This document shows, in pieces, positions 47,328 through 56,792 of a DNA stretch of 64,000 nt. The stretch is from Bacteroidota bacterium (GTDB lineage: Bacteria > Bacteroidota > Ignavibacteria > Ignavibacteriales > Melioribacteraceae), in contig JAKAKD010000001.1 in the NCBI GenBank assembly GCA_021824635.1, positions 2,351 to 66,350 on the forward strand, in the 5' to 3' direction. Numbering within the stretch: the first letter of the stretch is position 1; each line of letters begins with the position of its first letter. A program made the translations under genes and the position numbers. Below the pieces are notes generated by a model. It was not told the origin of the DNA. It saw nothing but the letters and a program-made list of their open reading frames with translations, and made no database searches.

Positions 47328-49517
47328 TTAGTTTACTCCAACTTCTTTTAGTAATTTATCCGCACCGCCAATTTTATCCATTACCCATAAAACGTAACGG
47401 ATATCAACGCCAATTGAGCGGCTGTATGATTCATTCCATGCAAAGTCGTTTATTGTTGCTTCAAATGCACGGTCAAAGTTAACGCCTATCAAATTTCCAT
47501 AAGCATCAAGAACCGGACTACCGGAATTTCCGCCGGTAGTATCCATATTGTAAAGCATTGCAACCGGAAGTTTACCCGTCTTCTTACTCACATATTTTCC
47601 GAAATCTTTTTTAGCATAGGCAGCGCGGAGTTTATCCGGAATTACAAAATCCTCATCACCGGTTGCGCCTTTTTCAATTACGCCGTCAATGGAAGTAAAC
47701 GGCTCCATATAAACTGCATCAGCCGGATTGTAACCCTTAATATACCCGTATGTAAGCCGCAGGGTACTGTTTGCATCGGGAATAAAGTTAGTTTTTTTCC
47801 ATTCAATTTTAACATCAACAAGATCGCCATAAAGTTTATTCAGCTTTCCTTCGTTTTTCTGGCTCTCCTTATCACTGGCTTGAGTCTGCATTCTTATTTT
47901 TTTTGCAAAGATAAAGAGCGGGTCTTGCATTGCAGCAATCTCTTTCGGCGATTTCTTTAAGAGTGAATCAAAAAAATCTTTATCTCGGATTTTGGAACTT
48001 GAAATGTAATTCGCAACAAAATCTTGAAAAGTTTCTTCAGGATGAATTCCATTACCTTCTAATATTTCATCAACAGCTACTATGCGCGAGGATTCCTTAA
48101 ATCCGTTTGCATCCATTAACATTTTAACTAACATTGTTTCTTCAAAGTCGGGGTTGTAATTCTGTTTTACAGATTCCATTCTGCTTAGAGTCTGCTTAAT
48201 ATTTTTTTCTTGATATGCCGGGTTTCTCTCTGCGTCCGGTTTTTGCATCTCTTCAGTATAGCCAAGAATAAAGTTTGCTAATGAAAGAGTTGTTGAGAAA
48301 GAATTAATCTGTCTTAACCACAAGTCCGCTTGAGCATTTTGATTGACCTTATCAAACACATAATGAATCTCTTCCATCAAATTTCCGTATTTGGTTTTTA
48401 ACTGCGGATTGGAATTGATAAAATGCTGAAGTTGTCTTTCTTCTTCTTGTTTCTGTGCAATGAGATTTATCTTTTTCAGTCCTTTAATCTTTCCTTGATA
48501 ATTTTTCATCGTGTTCGCTAATCCTTTTATCCTGCTGGCAAATGCAAGTGTAAGTTCTTTACTGCCGGCGCTGATTTCCTGCATTGTCTCAATAGCATAC
48601 TGATACAGATTGGAAATGTATGGGAGTAAATAATCCTGCTGATACTTCATATACTGAGATGGACGGTGACGGAAAGTTCTTCCGGGATAGCCGAGTTGAA
48701 AAACAAAATCTCCCGCCTCAACTCCATTCGGATTGATTTTTAAAAACTTTTTCGGCTTAAATGGAACGTTCTCTTTAGAATAGATCGCTGCCTTGCCATC
48801 CGGCGCAACATAAGCGCGCATGATTGAAAAATCACCCGTGTGGCGCGGCCAGATCCAGTTATCCGTTTCACCACCAAAGTTGCCAATTGATTGAGGTGGC
48901 GCAAACACGAGCCTTACATCACGTATTACACGGTACTTAAACAAAACATAAGTCTTACCTGCAAACATTTCGGAGACATCGGCTACGATAGATTCTTTTT
49001 CGTTGGAAGCCGCATCGGATAGTTCTTTAATCTTTTGTGCGATCATTTTTGTGCGTTCAACGGGATCGGTAATGTTTTTAATAGCATCAAGGATTACATC
49101 GGAAACATCTTGATATGATTCGGTAATTTTACATGTATAACCTTGCGAAGGTATCTCTTCTGCTTGAGTTTTTGCATAGAAGCCATTCTCAAGATAATTT
49201 TTTTCTACTGTGCTTGCGCGTGTAATTGCGCCGAAAGCACAATGATGATTTGTAATAATTAATCCATTTTCAGAAATGAATGATCCGGTGCATCCGCTCA
49301 ATTGTACTAATGCATCAACGAGACTTACTCCGTTCGGGTTGTAAACTTCTTTCGTGTCAATTTTTAATCCTGCTTTTTGCAAATCAACTTTATCAATTTC
49401 GCTCAATGGATACATTCCTTCTTCAGGGGAAGCCGGAATCATTCCCAAAAGAAATGTAAGTGAAAAGGTAATTGTAAATAGTTTTAAAAATTTAGATAGC
49501 CGATTACTGCTTAGCAT
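47328..49517 (-). CDS. S46-family dipeptidyl-peptidase (DPP7/DPP11-like)
   Basis: Signal peptide, catalytic His in IITNHHCAF and catalytic Ser in TTGGNSGSPV. The 729-aa size is typical of S46. Confidence 0.85.
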   Translation of the reverse strand: MLSSNRLSKFLKLFTITFSLTFLLGMIPASPEEGMYPLSEIDKVDLQKAGLKIDTKEVYNPNGVSLVDALVQLSGCTGSFISENGLIITNHHCAFGAITRASTVEKNYLENGFYAKTQAEEIPSQGYTCKITESYQDVSDVILDAIKNITDPVERTKMIAQKIKELSDAASNEKESIVADVSEMFAGKTYVLFKYRVIRDVRLVFAPPQSIGNFGGETDNWIWPRHTGDFSIMRAYVAPDGKAAIYSKENVPFKPKKFLKINPNGVEAGDFVFQLGYPGRTFRHRPSQYMKYQQDYLLPYISNLYQYAIETMQEISAGSKELTLAFASRIKGLANTMKNYQGKIKGLKKINLIAQKQEEERQLQHFINSNPQLKTKYGNLMEEIHYVFDKVNQNAQADLWLRQINSFSTTLSLANFILGYTEEMQKPDAERNPAYQEKNIKQTLSRMESVKQNYNPDFEETMLVKMLMDANGFKESSRIVAVDEILEGNGIHPEETFQDFVANYISSSKIRDKDFFDSLLKKSPKEIAAMQDPLFIFAKKIRMQTQASDKESQKNEGKLNKLYGDLVDVKIEWKKTNFIPDANSTLRLTYGYIKGYNPADAVYMEPFTSIDGVIEKGATGDEDFVIPDKLRAAYAKKDFGKYVSKKTGKLPVAMLYNMDTTGGNSGSPVLDAYGNLIGVNFDRAFEATINDFAWNESYSRSIGVDIRYVLWVMDKIGGADKLLKEVGVN

Positions 49518-49682
49518 AAATTCTCCTAGATAGGTTGATTCAAAAATAATATTATGTGGAAGAAAAACGAAATCAATGAAAAATATATTGTCTTCCTTTA
49601 AATGAAGGAACTTTTTCTAAATTAAAGCTGATTTAACGATTCGAAAAAAAACAGAAGAAATTACAATTCGGAATTAAGATCA

Positions 49683-50150
49683 CTATTTAAAATAATATCT
49701 CCCGCCAATAGCGAAATCCAAATGCAAGGATGTTTCCGGAAATAAATTAAAGACCGGGGCTAGTTCTATAAATGTATCAACCGGTAATGATTCAGGTATC
49801 CACATTATTCCAATAACTCCGCGTGCGCCTAAAGTGTTTCCATCTTTATTTCCGAAATGAATTCGTGCGCCGAATCCGTAATAAACCGGAAAATTATATG
49901 GAGACTTTATTTTATCGGGAAGATTAAAAAGAAAATCTCCGTGTAAAGAAAATATTTTGTTTGGATGAGCAAATGAGTATGCCAAACCAAAATCAATAGC
50001 GTGTCCGCTGCCAAGTAAATATTTTCCGCTTAAACCCGTCGGTTCCCCCAGCATAATCCCTAATCCAAATTTTCTTTCTTGAGAATAATGTTTTACTGAT
50101 GTTATTGAAACAATTAAAAAAACCGCAAGAAAGAACTTACCGATTCTCAC
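49683..50150 (-). CDS. small outer-membrane beta-barrel protein (hypothetical)
   Basis: Signal peptide, Gly/aromatic alternating strands and a C-terminal ...GGRYYFK. Confidence 0.45.
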   Translation of the reverse strand: MRIGKFFLAVFLIVSITSVKHYSQERKFGLGIMLGEPTGLSGKYLLGSGHAIDFGLAYSFAHPNKIFSLHGDFLFNLPDKIKSPYNFPVYYGFGARIHFGNKDGNTLGARGVIGIMWIPESLPVDTFIELAPVFNLFPETSLHLDFAIGGRYYFK

Positions 50151-50300
50151 TGAATACCTCAGATTATTTTGTATGCCTAAATACGCAAATCAGATTAAAA
50201 ATTAAAGTCAAAATTGCCGTCTTTCAAAAGCAGTTTCTTCCAATATTATTATCGAATATTATTAAATTTGATTTACCAGATCAGTCCAAAAGAGGATTAA

Positions 50301-51827
50301 ATGAAGGAAATTTCCAACAGCGCGAACATTAATAATCTAATTCAAGAATATTCTCATTCTTTTGTAGATGGCAATAAAGAAACAGCAATAATCTTAGCCG
50401 CTGGACACGGTAAGCGGATAAAGTCTCAAACTTCTAAAATGCTTCATAAAATTTGGGAAATTCCAACCGTAGAACGCGTTTGCTTGGCTTGCCAGAAAGG
50501 TTTGGATGATGCTAATATTATAATTGTTGTGGGAATTAAGGCCGAGGAAGTTGTTAAAACTGTCGGCAAGAAAAAATTAGTTTCTTACGCTTATCAGGAA
50601 ACGCAGAATGGTACCGGACATGCGGTTCAAATCGCATTAGAAAATATTACTAATAAAAATTATGAGGGCACGATCTACATATTTCCGGGAGATATGGGAT
50701 TAATTGATGCCCAGACAATTAATTTCTTCAAAAATGAATTCGAAAAATCTAATGCCGATATGATGGTGCTGACTGGAATTTATGACGGACCTGTTGAAGA
50801 TAATTATTACGGAAGAATCTTGCGTGTACCGGATAAGGACTTAAAAGGAGTTGATAAGAAAGATGCCGGAAAGGTAATTGAAATTCTTGAGTACAAAGAG
50901 ATACTTAATATTGATGAGAATAAAAAATACAGCGCTGAATACCACAATAAAAATTATAAGTTCACACGTAACGCTTTAATGGAAAACCGCGAGTTCAATT
51001 CGGGTGTTTACGCTTTCAAATTTAAGCCGTTGGCAGAACTAATTAAGAAAATCGGAAGCGACAATGTTCAGAACGAAGTTTATCTCACCGATCTGATTTC
51101 TTTGTTTAACAAAAACAGCTATTCGGTAGAAGCCGTTAGCCTGCCTGCCGGTAGGCAAGGTCAGCAAAATCAGTATGTGCTTATGGGATTCAATAATAAA
51201 TCTGTGCTGAAAGAGATGGATACCATTGCCCGTAAACTTGTATATGAAAAAGTGAAAGACATTGTAATGATTGATGATCCGGATGATTTTTTCATAGAAG
51301 AAAATGTTGTAGAAGATATTTTAGAAAAGGATAAACTTTGTCTTCCGCTCGAAATCCATCTTGGCAAAGGCGTTTTTATCGGTAAGGGAGTTAAACTCAA
51401 TTATAATCTTTCCATTGGAAAAAATACTTTTCTTGAAGGTGACATTCAGTTTGGTAAAATGATAACCGTAGGAGAGAATGCACACATTTCATGTTTTTAT
51501 GGACAGAAAATTAATATTGGCGATGATGTTGAAATTTTTGACGGCAGTATTATCAAAGGGAATGTTAACATTGGTGCAGAGACAAAGATAGAGAGCGGAG
51601 TTCGTGTAACCGGAAGCGATCTCAATCCATGTATAATCGGTTCACATGTTACGGTTAAGGGAATCACATACATTTTCGGATCTAAAATTGATGATAATAT
51701 CTATATTGAACATTCGGTTCTTATAAGAAAAGAAATAGTTAAACCAACTGGAGTAAAAGCGGATATTTACCAGGTAAAATTCTATTTACCAGAAGCCGAA
51801 GGGACTGACGCAGTGAAGGATTTATAA
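50301..51827 (+). CDS. sugar-phosphate nucleotidyltransferase fused to a left-handed beta-helix domain (GlmU-like, atypical)
   Basis: N-terminal ILAAGHGKRIKSQTSKMLHKI (GlmU-type LAAGxGxRM...K.LH) and C-terminal hexapeptide repeats. At 508 aa it has an enlarged inter-domain region compared with the ~456 aa of canonical GlmU. Confidence 0.6.
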   Translation: MKEISNSANINNLIQEYSHSFVDGNKETAIILAAGHGKRIKSQTSKMLHKIWEIPTVERVCLACQKGLDDANIIIVVGIKAEEVVKTVGKKKLVSYAYQETQNGTGHAVQIALENITNKNYEGTIYIFPGDMGLIDAQTINFFKNEFEKSNADMMVLTGIYDGPVEDNYYGRILRVPDKDLKGVDKKDAGKVIEILEYKEILNIDENKKYSAEYHNKNYKFTRNALMENREFNSGVYAFKFKPLAELIKKIGSDNVQNEVYLTDLISLFNKNSYSVEAVSLPAGRQGQQNQYVLMGFNNKSVLKEMDTIARKLVYEKVKDIVMIDDPDDFFIEENVVEDILEKDKLCLPLEIHLGKGVFIGKGVKLNYNLSIGKNTFLEGDIQFGKMITVGENAHISCFYGQKINIGDDVEIFDGSIIKGNVNIGAETKIESGVRVTGSDLNPCIIGSHVTVKGITYIFGSKIDDNIYIEHSVLIRKEIVKPTGVKADIYQVKFYLPEAEGTDAVKDL

Positions 51828-51882
51828 AAAAGAAAAAGGCAATCCGCTAAATTGAATTGCCCTCAAATTCTGATCACTAAAA

Positions 51883-52146
51883 TTACTTAACGGCAGTTAA
51901 TTTATTTACGTGCTTTGTAAGAGCGGATTTTCTTCTGGCAACAGTATTTTTATGCATTCTTCCTTTTGAAACCGTCTTATCAAGGAATGCAACTGTTTCC
52001 GTTAACAATGCTTGAGCTTTAACCGGATCTTTTTCTTCCACTACTTTTTTAGTAAGTGTTTTAACTTTAGATAGAGCTGTTTTATTTCTTTCGGCTCTTT
52101 TTTTGGTAGACCGTACTCTCTTTTTTGCTGATTTGTGCTGCGCCAT
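51883..52146 (-). CDS. rpsT: 30S ribosomal protein S20
   Basis: 87 aa and highly basic. MAQHKSAKKRVRSTKKRAERNK is a typical S20 N-terminus. Confidence 0.93.
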   Translation of the reverse strand: MAQHKSAKKRVRSTKKRAERNKTALSKVKTLTKKVVEEKDPVKAQALLTETVAFLDKTVSKGRMHKNTVARRKSALTKHVNKLTAVK

Positions 52147-52290
52147 TAATAAAACCTTATTTTGTTAAAAAACGTGCGTAAATATAGCATACGAGGGATT
52201 ACAAATCAAACTGAAGTGTGATATTAACTTTATTCTCAAATTGGTTGTTGTTATCTTTGCGCCACTTTTTGAAAGGCTTTATTCCAATTT

Positions 52291-52950
52291 ATGATAAAGA
52301 TTAACGAGATATATTACTCAATTCAAGGCGAAAGCTCCAAATCGGGCCTTCCCACGGTCTTTGTAAGGCTGACCTATTGCAATCTTAGATGCTCATACTG
52401 CGATTCTGAATACGCGTTTAATGACGGCACAGAGATGACTATTGATGCTATCGTAGATGAAGTGAAAAAATATAATTGCAATTTAGTCGAAATTACAGGC
52501 GGGGAGCCGTTATTTCAAAATGAAGCCCTTGATTTGATGAAACATTTATGTGATGCCGGATTTGAAGTTATGCTGGAAACCAGTGGAAGTCTTCCAATCA
52601 AAGAGATTGATAAGCGCGTAATGATAATAATGGATTTGAAATGCCCGTCGAGCAATATGATGAAAAAAAATCTTTACGAAAATTTAGATTTTATAAAACC
52701 GACCGATGAAATTAAATTTGTCGTCGGAAACCGTGATGATTATGAATGGTGTAAAGAAATTATTGGTAAATTCAACTTACTGGAAAAATGTAATATTTTA
52801 TTCTCGGTTGTTTTTGGCAGGCTGGAACCGGTAAAACTTGTTGAATGGATCTTGCAAGATAAAACATGGTTATCCGTTACTCCGGGAAAAATTAGATATC
52901 AGTTGCAGATACATAAATATATTTGGGAACCAACAGCAAAAGGCGTTTAA
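52291..52950 (+). CDS. queE: 7-carboxy-7-deazaguanine synthase (radical SAM)
   Basis: IYYSIQGES N-terminal motif, radical-SAM cluster CNLRCSYCDS and EITGGEPL. Confidence 0.88.
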   Translation: MIKINEIYYSIQGESSKSGLPTVFVRLTYCNLRCSYCDSEYAFNDGTEMTIDAIVDEVKKYNCNLVEITGGEPLFQNEALDLMKHLCDAGFEVMLETSGSLPIKEIDKRVMIIMDLKCPSSNMMKKNLYENLDFIKPTDEIKFVVGNRDDYEWCKEIIGKFNLLEKCNILFSVVFGRLEPVKLVEWILQDKTWLSVTPGKIRYQLQIHKYIWEPTAKGV

Positions 52951-53363
52951 TGAAAATTGCAAAAGAATTTCATTGGGAAATGGGGCACCGTCTTCCTTTT
53001 CATTTAGGCAAATGTAAAAACTTGCACGGGCATTCTTACAAATGTATGGTTGAATTAAGCGGAGACCCGGATTCTAATGGAATGGTTGTGGATTATTTCG
53101 ATGTGAAAAAAGTAATTGGACCTATCATAGAAAAACTTGATCATTCATTTATGGTTTCTAAGAATGACAAAGAAGTAATTGAAGCTCTCCAAAAATTGAA
53201 CTCTCAAATGGTTATTGTTGATTTCGAAACCACAGCGGAAAATATTTGTCTCTATCTTTTGGAACAGATAAAATCGGCTAATCTTCCCGAGAATATTCAT
53301 TCAATAAAAGTGCGTGTTTTTGAAACCGAGAATAGTTATGCGGAAGAGAAAACAAGAATATAA
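52950..53363 (+). CDS. queD: 6-carboxy-5,6,7,8-tetrahydropterin synthase
   Basis: The FHWEMGHRLP and CKNLHGHSY motifs of the PTPS/QueD fold are present. ATG 52950 overlaps the queE stop (TAATG). The track start at 52923 is probably too long. Confidence 0.85.
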   Translation: MKIAKEFHWEMGHRLPFHLGKCKNLHGHSYKCMVELSGDPDSNGMVVDYFDVKKVIGPIIEKLDHSFMVSKNDKEVIEALQKLNSQMVIVDFETTAENICLYLLEQIKSANLPENIHSIKVRVFETENSYAEEKTRI

Positions 53364-53541
53364 CTTAGATTACAGCAAATCAAAACCAAATCGGTTTGCA
53401 AAAACAGAAAAACAAGTTATTGTTCAAATTGATGATGACGTAGCAAAAGTATTTTCGTCATCGGAAGAAGTTAACAATGCGCTTCGGGCGTTAATTCGTA
53501 TTTATCCGCCAAAAAGAAAAAAGTCCAAAATCAACTCTTAA
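53338..53541 (+). CDS. small basic protein with an antitoxin-like (BrnA/CopG-type) layout; no adjacent toxin gene
   Basis: The 67-aa version MRKRKQEYNLDYSKSKPNRFAK...VQIDDDVAKVFSSSEEVNNALRALI resembles the Y-D-F/Y-S-K-x-K-x-N-x-(F/Y)-A ... LD.DV...F....VN.ALR pattern of small type II antitoxins. It overlaps the queD 3' end and the cobB 3' end. Confidence 0.3.
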   Translation: MRKRKQEYNLDYSKSKPNRFAKTEKQVIVQIDDDVAKVFSSSEEVNNALRALIRIYPPKRKKSKINS

Positions 53542-54271
53542 AATTTTTTACTTCTTCCAAAATAGTCGGTAAAATATCTCCCGACTTTCCCAAAATTGAA
53601 TAATCAGCAAAGCGCGACATCTCTGTGGGCTCCAAATTAATTTCAACAATGTAGGAACCTGCCTGCTTTGCTGTTATTGGTATATAAGCTGCGGGATAAA
53701 CAACCGCGGATGTTCCAACTACAAAACAGATATCGCTCCATTCTGCGGCTTTTTCACCTTCGCTGAATTCGTCCTGCGGAAGCATTTCTCCAAACCATAC
53801 TACATCCGGACGAACCAGTCCGCCGCATTTAGAACATTTTGGTGCCGAATTGGATAATTCAATTTCGAGTGAATTGTAAAATGTGTGACAGTTGATGCAG
53901 AAATTTCTTTCAATGTTACCATGAAGTTCAAAAATATTTTTAGAGCCGGCGCGGCGGTGGAGGTTATCAATATTTTGCGTAACAACAGATACATCAAAAA
54001 AATTTTCAAACTCGGCAATGGCAATATGCCCTGTATTTGGCTGGGCTTTGTTTACAATATCTCTTCTGTGCTGATACCATTGCCAAACTAAATCCGGGTT
54101 ACGCATAAAAGCAGCAAAGTTTGTAAGTTCTTCCGGCTTCATTTTATTCCAGATTCCATCTTTGCCTCGAAAGATTGGAATTCCACTCTCCGCAGAGATT
54201 CCGGCGCCGGTAAAGAAAACAATTCTTTTTGCTGAACGAAGCTTATCAATAAATTCTGGTTTGAATTGCAT
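53531..54271 (-). CDS. cobB: NAD-dependent protein deacylase (sirtuin, CobB type)
   Basis: GAGISAESGIPIFRG, QNIDNLH, catalytic ELHG and Zn ribbon CINC...CSKCGG. The Met at 54271 (MQFKPEFIDKL) gives the canonical length. The track start at 54358 adds 29 aa. Confidence 0.85.
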   Translation of the reverse strand: MQFKPEFIDKLRSAKRIVFFTGAGISAESGIPIFRGKDGIWNKMKPEELTNFAAFMRNPDLVWQWYQHRRDIVNKAQPNTGHIAIAEFENFFDVSVVTQNIDNLHRRAGSKNIFELHGNIERNFCINCHTFYNSLEIELSNSAPKCSKCGGLVRPDVVWFGEMLPQDEFSEGEKAAEWSDICFVVGTSAVVYPAAYIPITAKQAGSYIVEINLEPTEMSRFADYSILGKSGDILPTILEEVKNFKS

Positions 54272-54378
54272 AAGAGTATTATTTGTTTTGAATCTTAGGA
54301 ATAGTTGCGAAGATTTTGGAATTAGATTCTTCGCCCTCCGCACAAGGCGGAGGACCAAGAATGATACTGAAAAATTAT

Positions 54379-55164
54379 TTATTCGTCCTTTATATCATTT
54401 AAAAGTTTTTTTGCTTCGGCTAATCTTTTCTCATCATCTTGATGTTGAAACTGGCATGTAAGAGCTCTGTTCAACATTTCACGCGCGGTTTTATAATCAT
54501 CCTCACGGATAAGAGAGAGTGCGTAATCAACATAGAACATCATATAGCCCGGATAAATCTCAATTGCTTTTTTGTATTCCTTTAAGGCTACTTCATTATC
54601 TGCCCAACCTAATCCAAGAACAGAACGTGCCGGTTTCCATTTTTCACTTGTCTTTGCATGAGTTCTTGCTAGAACGTAATGAGCAACACCTTGAACAAAA
54701 TTTCCGCCGTTACCAAGTTGAATAGCTTTTTCCACATCTGCTCTAACACTATTTACAACACCTGCAACGGAAAATATACCTTTAAACAAAGCTATCTTTC
54801 CATTAGCAATAGCACGGCGTAAAAGTCCTGCTGCTTGATCGGGTTTTAGTTTAACCGATCTATCGGCGTAATCAAGCGCTTTTTGAAAGACGGCAAGTTG
54901 AGCAGCTTCCTGATCGCTTGTGCTTGCTGGCATACGGTCTGCAATATCAACATAGGTGCGAGATAAATGCCAGAGTACATCATAATTATTCGGTTCTAAT
55001 TTCTCGGCTTTCTTAAAAGCATCAAGAGCTTTTTCGTTATTAAATTCTTTATAATATTTCTCCCCTTCATCCATCAGAGCATTGAGTGATTGTGCATTTA
55101 TTCTCCAAAAAGATGTTAAAATAAAGATGACAATTAAAATGAAAGATCTGTTTGTTCTTTCCAT
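54379..55164 (-). CDS. TPR-repeat protein with signal peptide
   Basis: Signal peptide (FILIVIFILTSFWRINAQ) and several TPR-like helical pairs. Confidence 0.55.
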   Translation of the reverse strand: MERTNRSFILIVIFILTSFWRINAQSLNALMDEGEKYYKEFNNEKALDAFKKAEKLEPNNYDVLWHLSRTYVDIADRMPASTSDQEAAQLAVFQKALDYADRSVKLKPDQAAGLLRRAIANGKIALFKGIFSVAGVVNSVRADVEKAIQLGNGGNFVQGVAHYVLARTHAKTSEKWKPARSVLGLGWADNEVALKEYKKAIEIYPGYMMFYVDYALSLIREDDYKTAREMLNRALTCQFQHQDDEKRLAEAKKLLNDIKDE

Positions 55165-55201
55165 AATGCATTCCTTAATTAGTTGGATGATTGATTTACT
55201 T

Positions 55202-56173
55202 TTATTCTTCTTTGTCTAAATTATTTTCCGGAATGAATAAAGAAGTCTCTGCAAGAGGAAGAAATCTTGTCCACCTGCCTCCTTTATTCTTATCTGCCTC
55301 GATTGCGTACTTGTACGCATTAGTCTTGGCGCTAAGTTCATCTGCTTGATAAAGTGCAATTGCCTCCAAAGTTTTCGGTTCAACAGGAGATGCAAATTCT
55401 AACTTGCCTTGATGACTTAGAACCAGATGAATCAAATGAGTTTTTAATTCTTCAGGAAAGTTTGGTATTGATGAAGCGGTTTTTTCAACTGTAAGTGCGC
55501 CAATCATTATGTGTCCGATTAACTTTCCTTTATCAGAATAATCAAAAACAGAATCGTATGTAAGTTCTTCTGTTTTGCCAAAATCATGTAAAAGTGTGCC
55601 GGAAATTAATAGATCATGATTTAGATCGGAGTGGATTGAGCACATCAGCTTGCAGATGCGAACTATCTCAAGAGTGTGTTCCAGCAAGCCATGAATATAA
55701 GCATGATGCCATCCTTTACCGGCGGGAGTGCGGGAATATTTATCAAGATTATCTCCGGAGAGAATTATTCTTAATAATTTATTCAGATGTTGGTTTTTAA
55801 CTGAATCAATGACTTGATTCAGTTCATCCATCATCTCATTGATTGGGCGACGCGATCTTGGTAAAAAATCTTCCGGTATTACATTGTCACTTTCCTGTGC
55901 CGGTCGGATTTTGTCAATCTTAATTTGAGGTGCGCCGTTAAAATCTTCTATCTGTCCTGCGACTTTAACAACAGTACCTTCTTTTAATTTTTTCGCATAC
56001 TCTTCAGCGTTATCCCAAACTTTAGATGGAAGGGCAGTTGATTTATCCCGCAATTCCAGATTGAGAAAAAGTTTTCCGTTTTTGGATGTTTTAACTTCGC
56101 ATTTGCTGACGATAAGAAAAATTAGGAGCTCGTCACCGGTAGAATATTCATTAAGTGCTTTTTGATCTAACAT
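55202..56173 (-). CDS. OB-fold plus HD-domain 3'-5' exoribonuclease (YhaM-like)
   Basis: N-terminal OB-fold (..FLNLELRDKS..KVWD) and an HD domain (HHAYIHGLLEHTLE, LLHDFGK, HLVLSHQG). Confidence 0.7.
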   Translation of the reverse strand: MLDQKALNEYSTGDELLIFLIVSKCEVKTSKNGKLFLNLELRDKSTALPSKVWDNAEEYAKKLKEGTVVKVAGQIEDFNGAPQIKIDKIRPAQESDNVIPEDFLPRSRRPINEMMDELNQVIDSVKNQHLNKLLRIILSGDNLDKYSRTPAGKGWHHAYIHGLLEHTLEIVRICKLMCSIHSDLNHDLLISGTLLHDFGKTEELTYDSVFDYSDKGKLIGHIMIGALTVEKTASSIPNFPEELKTHLIHLVLSHQGKLEFASPVEPKTLEAIALYQADELSAKTNAYKYAIEADKNKGGRWTRFLPLAETSLFIPENNLDKEE

Positions 56174-56237
56174 ATGAAAGGTGTGTCCTTAGTTCAATTT
56201 CAATTTACTAAAAAATATCTGGAAGGAGAAAACTACT

Positions 56238-56753
56238 TTAAAGAAATTTGAGTACACTTTCTTCAGTAATCCGGACCATAACAGAACACCGCAGTAGTTC
56301 AACCGAGACTGAAAGCCATTTATCTTTTTGTGTACTTTTTACAACGCCAATTATATCTTTGAATGGGCCATCAACTATTTTTACTTTTGTGCCGACTTCA
56401 ATTTTATTGGAAACAAATACTTCCGGAGAATCAATCAGCATTTTTTTTAGATTATCAATTTGCCAATCGGGAACGACCGACGGCTTGCCGTCAAAAAAAA
56501 CGGTTTTCACAATTGCTTTTTGAGAAACAGCCAGCATTCTGTCTTTTTCATTAACATGAACAAAAATATAGCCGCGAAATAAAGGTTCGGTAATTTTTTT
56601 CTTCCGGTCGCTCCATTTTTTTGTTACTGTAAAAGTAGGAAGGTAATACTCAATTGAAACACTTTCCAACTGAATTGCCGCTTTGAATTCTTGACGTGGT
56701 TTTGTATAAAGCGCGAGCCAATGTTTTAACGCAATATTATCCGCAGCAGCCAT
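56238..56753 (-). CDS. UpxY/RfaH-like NusG-paralog transcription antiterminator
   Basis: NGN domain (WLALYTKPRQEFKA...EYYLP...EPLFRGYIFV) and a KOW motif (GTKVKIVDGPFKDIIGVV). 171 aa. Confidence 0.7.
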   Translation of the reverse strand: MAAADNIALKHWLALYTKPRQEFKAAIQLESVSIEYYLPTFTVTKKWSDRKKKITEPLFRGYIFVHVNEKDRMLAVSQKAIVKTVFFDGKPSVVPDWQIDNLKKMLIDSPEVFVSNKIEVGTKVKIVDGPFKDIIGVVKSTQKDKWLSVSVELLRCSVMVRITEESVLKFL

Positions 56754-56792
56754 TTTAACCTGTTTTTTCAGAATGGAATAATTGTGATTATT

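Noticed and set aside
51135-51175. Palindromic GCCTGCCGGTAGGCAAGG inside the GlmU-like gene, resembling the 23624-23645 hairpin (CTTGCCTACCTGAAGGCAAG); possible in-frame palindromic-element insertion
   Set aside because: The similarity covers only about 12 nt and the stem is imperfect. I cannot show without alignments that the encoded SLPAGRQGQQNQ is an insertion.
52147-52290. Possible preQ1 riboswitch upstream of queE-queD
   Set aside because: I could not find the preQ1-I/II/III core (a small hairpin followed by an A-rich ACUA/AAAAAACUA tail). The region looks like an ordinary AT-rich promoter spacer shared with rpsT.
53531-54358. Sir2-domain protein as a possible anti-phage (Thoeris/DSR/SIR2-HerA-type) effector
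   Set aside because: It is a short, canonical CobB-type sirtuin with an intact NAD pocket and a Cys4 zinc ribbon. It has no fused or adjacent TIR, HerA, SLOG or helicase partner, so a housekeeping deacylase is the simplest reading.
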